Origin: Candidatus Marinacidobacterales bacterium
GTDB lineage: Bacteria; Acidobacteriota; Vicinamibacteria; Marinacidobacterales; DATDRI01
Reading direction: 5' to 3'
NCBI GenBank assembly: GCA_965226495.1
Contig: OZ245365.1
Coordinates: 3,104,001-3,168,000, forward strand
Length of the DNA: 64,000 bases
Made by a program: the position numbers and the translations under genes. The stretch's first letter is position 1; each line of letters starts with the position of its first letter. Under the pieces are notes generated by a model. That model saw only the letters and a list, made by a program, of their open reading frames with translations. It made no database searches and was not told the DNA's origin. Positions 21,501-30,500 of the stretch are shown here, piece after piece.

Positions 21501-24500
21501 GCGCCGACGATATCTGCGAGCCCCGAGAACACGGTGGCGGGTCTCTCCGGTGTTGCCGGGTGTAGAAGGAGAGGCGGCGCAGGTGGCGCGACATCTTGCG
21601 GGATTCCGCTGGCCTCGTCGGGGTCCAAGGACTCGTTCCCAAAGTCATTGAAGGACCGCACCACGTAGAAGTACTCGGTGCCGTTTTGCAGACCTTCATC
21701 ATGGAACGCGGTCTCCGGCACGCGAGCGATCTCTTGGTAGGGGCCGCCCGATGTCAGCGCTCGGAGAACCACGTACCCGGCGACTGGACCGGTGGAGGCG
21801 TCCCAGGTGAGATCGAGCGCCTCGCCCTCGGGAACCGGTATGACCATCAGATTCTGAGGTACCGATGGAGGAGCCGTGCCCGCGACGACGAGCTCGATCG
21901 GCCCCGAGGGTATGCTCGCCCCACCGAAGATGTCGAGCGCGGAAACCGTGTAGTTATAGGTTCCTGGCCGCGGCAGCGTGTCGGTGAATGCGGTGTCGGA
22001 TATCGGCTCCAGTCCGGTCAGCTCGACTTCACCAATTACCGCGCGTCCAGCCTCGGACTGCAGCGCGGTGATCTCAATCCGAATCCGAGGAGTCTTGAAG
22101 GCTAAGGGGAAGCTATGCGTGCTCTCAAGTTGGGTGTTCGCCCTTGCGTCTGCCACGACAAGCATTTGCCCCGATATCTCGGCCAAGATCCGGTAGTCCC
22201 GGGGGCTTTGGGTCCAGTTAACCGCTATTTTGTTGAGATGGCGCTCAGGCACGAGTCCAATCTCCACCGCCGCTGAGACGAACGGGTTTTGGAAGGAGGA
22301 GAGCCAAAGGCTGAAGGGACTCCCGTCGATGATACGTCCGGCAATCGAAGCGTTCGAGTCCGCGGTGGCGGTGAGCGTGGTCGGTATGTCGCCATCCGGC
22401 CGAATCGACCCCGTAGGTGTTACCGGTTCTCCGTCGCGGTCGATGAGGTAACCCGAGATGTCCGTCTCGATGTTCGGAGTCCAGTTCAACGTCGCCGTCG
22501 TCTCCTGGGCTTCGCCACTCAGGGCGGCCGGCGGATCGGGCGGCCGGTGGTGAATGAGCTGGAAAGACTCGGAGGCGCGGCTCTCATTGCCTTCTGGATC
22601 CGTCGCCCGCACCTCGACTAGGTTCTCGCCCAACGGGAGCGACAAGCCGCCGAACGAGAATGCGCCCTCCCCGTCGGCCGTCGTTTCTGCAATCACGTCG
22701 GGAGAGCCCACCGAGTTGAGCCGTACCAGGGAGTCTGGTTCGGCGTTCTCGCCCGCCACGTCCACCGTGTCTATGAATATCGGGAAGGGTAAAATCGGTA
22801 ATGGCGCATAGACACGTGCCGTTTCCGAATCGCTCCGGTCGCTCTCGTTGCCGTCCGCATCCAGGGCCGTGACTTCGTAACCGTACAGCCCGTCACCGAG
22901 ATCGAGATCGTCCGCCGTCGTCAGAGACGCGTCGATCGCCGCGACGAGCGTGTCATCGCGATAGAGCTGATAAGCCTCTAGATTCGGATCAGACACGGGA
23001 TCCCAGGTGAGGGCCACATCATCCCCCGTCACGCGCGTAACCAAGTTCTCCGGCGCCGCAGGGGGCGTGGCGTCGCCCAGCGTCACACGAATCGTCGCCG
23101 GCGCGTCATCGCTCCTGGACCCGAAGTCCGTCGCCACGGCTCTCAGGAAATAACTGCCGAAATCTAGGCTCGTAATGTCCCAAAGAACTTCAAACGGTGC
23201 TTCGCTGTCCGTCTCGATGTTCATCCATTGATCCGTGGGTGGATCGTCATTGATCTGTAGTTGGTACTGGAAGAGAACGGTCGCCACGTCCTCATCTTCG
23301 GTAATTGCGCGGACTTGTCGCGGCTGGTCGAACCGGGCACCATCCTGCGGATCGAAGATCAGGGCGGAGGGTGGGCGATTATCGAGGACGATGCAGACCT
23401 CGTTGGAATCCGGACCCAGGTTGCCGGCTTCATCCATCGCCGCCACCCGATAGCAGAACTCGCCGTCTGGCATGTCGGGGTCCACGTAGCTCGTACCATC
23501 GATCAGAAACGCACCGAGATCGCCCGCCACCGAACCGGGAGCGTTTGCAATGGAGCCGTTTCTGAAAACCAAGTAGCCGGCCACGGGCTCAGCGAGCGCC
23601 TCCCAGACGACTTCGACGTCGTCCGGCGGCGCGAGGGCCTCGACACTCAACAGAGTCGGGGTTCCGGGGGTTTGGTTATCGATCGTGACGAGTACCTCAT
23701 CAGAAGCTAGATTCCCGACTTCGTCCTCCGCCTCGAGTCTCACAGTGAAGCTTCCATCGAGGAGAATCGTGTTCCACTGAAGCAGTGTCGCGAAGTTCAC
23801 AGGAACGGACGAGCTGGCCAGAAGCGTCGCGTCCAGAGGCGTCTCGGCCGGGGTCACCGTCAGCCGGTACTCCTCGAAGTCATCCGCCGAAAACGCTGTG
23901 CCCACGATGTCCACCAGCCCCCGAACACTAGACTCGTTTTCAGGTTGCTGGAGAACTACATGAGGCGGCGTGATATCGATGACCGCTTCGGCAGGATTCG
24001 ATGGATCGCTCTGGAGGCCTGCCCGATCGACGGCCCGTACCGTATAGACGAAAAAACCGTCGGGCAGATCGAGATCGCGGAGCTCGGTGGCCGAGATGGG
24101 CTCCGCGGTCAGGAGCTCCTCCTTACGGAAAACCAAGTAACCCTCGATATCGGGGTCCGGAGGGGCCTGCCAGTCAAGGCGAACGTCGTCTTGGTTCTCG
24201 ACCGTGGCAGTGAGATTGATGGGCGCGGCGGGCGGATCCGTGTCGACCTCGATCGTACGAAGTAGGGTGCTCTTGTTTCCAGCAATATCGGAAGCCAGCA
24301 ACCTGAGTGTATAGGTGCCGTCTTGAAGCGTGAACCCCTCGTGAAGCTGCGCACTCTCGACCGGTATTGTGGCGCGCGATAGCTCCGTGAACTGAAATGC
24401 TTGGGCCTCGCCCCCGGGTGCCACAGCAAGGGTCCAGATCTCCAAGTGGTCGTCGGTCGCCGTCCCGAGAACTGGCTGAATCTCGGAGACAAAGGTGCCC

Positions 24501-27500
24501 TCGGCCGGAACATCGATCGCGAGGACAGGAGGTGTCCCATCGAGCGTGACGACTCTGGACGTCTCGGATCGATTGCCCGCGAGGTCGATGGCCGAGAGCC
24601 GGAGGGTATAGAGACCATCGGGGAACTCGGACACTTCCCAGTCCGTCAAAAAGTCACGTTGTTCCAGCTCCGAGCCTCCAGCCAGTGGCACGAACACTTC
24701 AGGAGGCGCGCCCAAGCCGAACTCGAGTAAGAAGGTGTCCAGGTTCGTTTCGGCCACCGTGCTAGACACTGAGATTGAGTCTTCCTTTTTGAGGAACGCC
24801 CCCGCCTCCGGTGCATTGATGGACACCTGAGGCGACGTGCTATCCACGGTGAAGGTGAAAGAGACCTCCGTCGTGTTCCCGGCTCGATCGGAGGCCTTTA
24901 TCCTCAGACGGTGGAGGCCGTCGCTCGCCTCGTCGAATCGCGCCAGAACGATCGCAGGTGGCAATACGGCGTCCTCGATCACGGCCAGCTCGCCGGGTTC
25001 CGGGCCGAGCTCGACTCGATAGCCTTCGAAATGTTCCTCCAGGATCGTCCCGGTGAGGTTGTGGGGAACCGAGACAAAAGCGCCGGGGCTCGAACTGGTC
25101 AAGGTCACCACCGGATCGGTGACATCGACGACCACCGGAAGGGTGGCTTCTTCCGTCAACGTAGGGAACTGGGCATCCACGGCGATTAGAACCGCCACGT
25201 AGTCGCCATCCTCGGCGAGGCCGCCCGGTGTCTGACCGTCCCACTCAAAGACGTGATCGCCCGTCGGCCGCAACTCATCAACTATGAGCGTCGTCAGTAC
25301 GGTGCTATCGGTCTTGCGGATTTCGAGGGTGACGCGGGAGTCGGCTTTCAACGTGAAGCGGAACTCTGCGGTGTCTTTGACACCATCTGCGTCCGGCGAG
25401 AACAGCACCGGTGCGACGCTGAAACGCTCGATCAGGTCAGGCGTTTGCACATCTACGGTGACTTCGGTCGAAGCGACATTCCCGGCGCGATCCGCCGCCG
25501 TGAGGCGCACGGTGTGCTCGCCCACCAGCACCCCGGCCTCCCATAGACCGAGAGCGTCATCCTCGACCGGCTTCTCCGAAGGTTCCCCGATCGGAAAGAA
25601 CTCGGCCGGGGACGCGCCCTCTCCAAACTCGAGCACATACTGCACGAACCGCTCGTCAGCAGCCGTGCCGCGGATTTCCACCAGAGTGGTGACCGGTTGT
25701 CCGTCGGCGGGAGAGTCGATCCGGACGGTGGGCGGTGACGTGTCGACGTCGACATCCAACGTTCGCGTCGTCAGCGCACCACAGCCGCTTAGAGCGTCAA
25801 CGATGACGGTGTAACGACCGTCGGCCACCACCTCGGTCGCGTCATCCGTGCCGTCCCAAAGGAGCTCGAGAGTGCCGGGCGCCACATTGGCATCGGTCAG
25901 CAGCTGGCGGACTAACACCTGCGTTTCAGACGTCACGACGCGGGCATCGACTGCCACAGGCTCAAAGACCTCGGTCTGAATCCGCAGCTCATCGAGAACG
26001 GCGTCCGCGTTCGGCGAAAAAGCGGGTGGTAAGACCGATGACGGCGATGCCGGATCGGAAGCGAGCGGCCCTAAGGACTCGGTTCGCGATACCAGCACTC
26101 GACGAACCGCACATCCAAGGATCGAGCCGTTGTTGAGTCGGCTGGGCGAGTTGCGGACTGGTTTTTCGGCGACCTCCTCCTGCAGACGGGGGCTCTCTAC
26201 AACGAGCCGTAGCGTCAGCTCGCCCTCGAAGGCTATCGGGATCGGGACCAGCACCGTTTGCCGAGCCTCAGATACGGGAGCGCTGAACTCTACACGCTCG
26301 ACTCGCTGCCAATTGTCGGGATCGGCGCTGACGAGCCTCTCGACACTCAAGAACTCTACCTCTCGGTCCCGGCCCACCACTTCGATCTCGATGAACTCCT
26401 CGTCATCGATGACGCGGACGCAGGCATTCCCGCCTTCGGGAGGCGATTCGAAGATCGCCTCCGGCCGCGAGTTGTCCAGATAGAATTCCAGGGAGCTTCC
26501 CCGAAACGTGTCATTCACCACCGGTTCGACTGTGTATGAACCTTCGGCGAGGCCCGTGAGGTTCCAAGAAACCCCTATACTAAAAGCACCCTGAAGCCCT
26601 GGCAGAGATTGCCTGGCAACCTCTTGGCTCGGGAGCGTGTCACTTTGCGCCACGAGTGAGACGTTGGTGGCGGTGGACGGAAAGCTGAGAGCTCGAACGT
26701 CGATAAGCGCGTCGACGGGCAGGGCGCTATCGCACGAGACCTGTTGCTGAATCAAGCTGTCCAGCGCCCTGATGTCAACGCACGCCTCCAGCTTGTCGGA
26801 CGCCAGGGCGGCGTCGGGATAAGCTGTCGTCGTCGTTGACAGGTATTCTTTTCCACTCGCCCCGGTCGCGACGACAGAAGCGGAAGCGGTACCTCCGCAG
26901 GCCAGGTCGACCGGGACCAACTCCGTAACGTCGCCTGGGAAGGGTTCGTAGACCTTGAAAGGTCCTCCGATTCCGTTGACTCGCACGATGAGGGTGGCCT
27001 TCACCAGCTCCTCTTCGACGGTGGAGAAAGCCGAGACCACGAGGGTCGTCGGGTCTTGAAGGGTAGCGAAGACAAAGATGGCATCCGGTCCAACAACGAA
27101 GGAAACGTCTTCGGATTGGATGCCATCGGCCACGAAGTGACCCTCGTAGGGTTGTCCCAGCTCGAGCTCGTTCGCATCCAATGAAAAGTCGCCAGCCTCC
27201 GTCGCCCGCTCGGTGAAAGAGGGGTCACCTACTCTCCTGAAGCGGAAGAGGATGGAGCCCGCATCGAACGAAGCTTCCGCCCTCCAGAACACGTGATCGC
27301 CCGGAGGGATCACGAGCTGCCTAGGGGTATCGGGGGGCCCGGGCTTGAGCGGACCCACGACCTCGGCCTCCTGCTGAATAACCCTCACTTCGCGATCGGG
27401 ACCGGAGAGCGGTACGAACGTGACATTCCCTGCGAAGTCCGAGGCTTCGAGCTCCAGACCCTGTTGCGGCGCGAGCGCCTCGATAATGATGACGTCTCTT

Positions 27501-30500
27501 CCTTCCTCACGACCGACTTCCCGGAGGCTCGCTGCCATGACGTTACCCCCGACGTCCTGGAGCGACCATTCGTGGAGGTTCGGATCGAGAATGTGGCCTA
27601 CCAAGTCGACTGCCAGACCTTCTTTGCCCGTATAGAGGTTCGTGTACACGGCCTCCACATCCGGTGGAGTCGCGTCAATCACCACCCGGAACTCGGCCCC
27701 GCGGAGCTCGACCGTGTACATGCCATCCGGAAGGCGCGCTCCAGAGTCATCGGTTCCGTCAAAGGCGAAGGAGGCCGGGCCGATGCTCGCCTCGTCTCGC
27801 AAGATTGTGCGGACCAACACGCCCTGTTCGTTTCTCACCAAGAACTCGAGATTCACCGGCTCTAGCACCGTATAGTTGAAGACGGTTTCGTCCTGAATGC
27901 CGTCCCCGTTGGGCGAGATGTACTCCGGCGACCGGGTGAGGTCTGCGATCGGAAGCGTCTCCTCCCAGAAGATGCGCTCCAATCGTACCGTCTCGTTACC
28001 GGCGAGATCGCGCACGGTGAGCCGCACCAAGTAGTCGCCGGGCGCCGGGGGCAGCCAGGTCGTCAGGACGTCATCGGCTACTGGGAAAATCGACGGGGGT
28101 TGGATCGGAGTGAATGCGTCGGGAGCCGACAACGGCGCAAACTCGAGGGTGTAGTTGGCGAGATTCAGATCGGCTGCGCTACCCCTGACCCGTACTCCGA
28201 AACCCGACGGAAGCCGAGCTAAACGGAGACTGGCCGCACCGTTCAAGAGCGAGGAGATCGACCAGATGTCGCGCTCGTTGCACTCCGCCGGCGAGGTGCC
28301 TTCAAACGCCTCGAATGTGATCTGCGTGCTTCGAGGCGACCATCTCAGGTTAGAACCGGAGGCCAAGATCGGCCGAGCCTCTCTCCCGTCCAGCCGCCTC
28401 ACGAAGGACCGGCCATCAAAGGTCCAGTTGTATTCAGAGTCCCTCCGATCGCCGATGTCGGGGTTTCTCCGCAGCTCGCCCGTCACTAGATTGAACTCGA
28501 AGAAGACATCTCCGGTCCCGGCTTCGTCTGCATCCCAATCGACATAAATCCTTTGGGAATCACCCGAAAAGGAAAGAAAGTCGAGTTCGACATCAACACC
28601 GAAAGTGCCTGTTAGAAGCACGCGGTCGGTCTCGGGAAGCTCGCGATTGTTCGAGCCGTCCGCGTCCATAATGCGTACAAAGGTCTCGCCCTCGATGTTG
28701 TAGACAATGCGCCGGCCGTCGGGTGACCACTCGGCGAAAAAGACGGCTTCTTCGTCCGTCAACTGGACAACGAACTCTCCCTCAGGCGTGTAGAGAGACA
28801 GACCGTCGAAGCCTGCCCGGAGGATGCGTTGCCCGTCGGGAGACCACCTCGCATTGGCGGATCCCGTGCCGAGGGGAGTCAGCTCTCCGGTGGAGAGATC
28901 CACGACTTGAGCGGTTGATCCAACCGAGATCAGGGCTCGCCGTCCGGCGGGGGACACGGGTTGAACGAACCCGTCGGCTCGCCGCCCTTCGAACGACGCG
29001 AATCGAAACTCCGATCCAGTCTTCACCGCTTCAATCTCGGTACCGTCGGCGCTCACCCGATAGAGCCCCAGCGGAAATTCCGGAACCTGAGAATCTTCGG
29101 CGGCGACTATGAAATAAGCGGCGCTGTCGTCGGGAAGCCAGGCGGGTTCCGATAGCCTGTTCGAACCAGGCAATGGACAGGTCAGGTTCACAAAGGAAGC
29201 AAACGGTGTGCCGAGAGCCTCGACGATGCTGGAACGGTTGGTGTCGAGGACGACTCGTCGGCGGAGGATCTCGCCGCCCGCCGAGGACAAAACAAAGAAG
29301 TAGATCCCGTCTCTGGCGATGCGTCCCTCTGCATCCCGGCCGTCCCAGATGACGCTGTCACTCGCCGAGGCGTCGTCGCCCAAGCCTTGAACTACCGCAG
29401 ACTGGCTGTCCACCACCTCGACCGAGAACGGGCCTTGCCCCCCGACATCAACGACATCAATGACATCAAAGAAGAAGGCTGCTTCGTCCTGCACGCCGTC
29501 GCCATTGGGCGAGAAGTAGATGGGTGTGACAAAAACATCCGCGTCCTGGAGAGCTAGAGGAAAACGGATCACATTGTTGCCTTCACTCTGCTCCCGAACC
29601 AGGTCGGCCACGTCGAGCACCAGAAGAAGCTCATGCTCGCCCTCCACACCGGCCGTATCCCAATCGACAGAGAAGCTGAAGCTCTCGCCGGGGGCAAGCC
29701 CGGACACCGACTGAGACCCGAGAACCGGCCCCGCTTGCGCGTCGTCGAGCCGGATCTCCACCGTGAAGGCGTCTGCATCCTGCTCGCCGACATTGGTAAG
29801 CGATGCTTCGACCGCGATCACCTCTCCCGACCGTGCGAATGGAGGATCGAGTCGGATCTGGGCGCTGCTCGAGAAGAGATCGGGAAGCCCGATGACCTTG
29901 ATCGACTTGAAGGCGGCGTTGTCCCCCTCATCGAACTCACCGATGACCCCACCGACATCCGCCACGGCAAAGAGAAGCTGCTGGCCTCGAATCGTGACAT
30001 CGTCCCAATCGAAATCGACCGCGACTTCTTCGTCGGCGGCCAGAATGGGCACTTCCACCTGACCGATGGGAAGCCCGCCGTCTTCCGGATCTCCGGCGAA
30101 GAAACCAAACGTGAACGCGGAGGCATTCACCGTCCCCACGTTTCGGATGGTAGCCGTGAGGCTTGCTGGCTGCCCTTCCAGTAAGGGGTCTGGGGCGATC
30201 GCGATGTCGGTACTTTGGACGGTCAGGTTCGGCTGGTCGGATGTGACGACGTCGACCGTGGCCAGGGCTTCGTTGTTCGTCTCGTCGAGCTCAGCAAGGA
30301 CGTCAAAGGGATCGGCGCGTACGAGAAGCGGGATCGTTCCCACTCGATTGGCGGCCCAGGAAAGCTGGGCTCGCCTCGTTTCTCCGGCCGCGAGGGAGAG
30401 ACTGACGTTCGACGCCAGAACCAGATCCTCTGGGTTCTCATCCTCGAAGAAGAGGGCCACGGTCACGGCGGCCAGCGATCGGGTCCCGCGATTGGCCGCA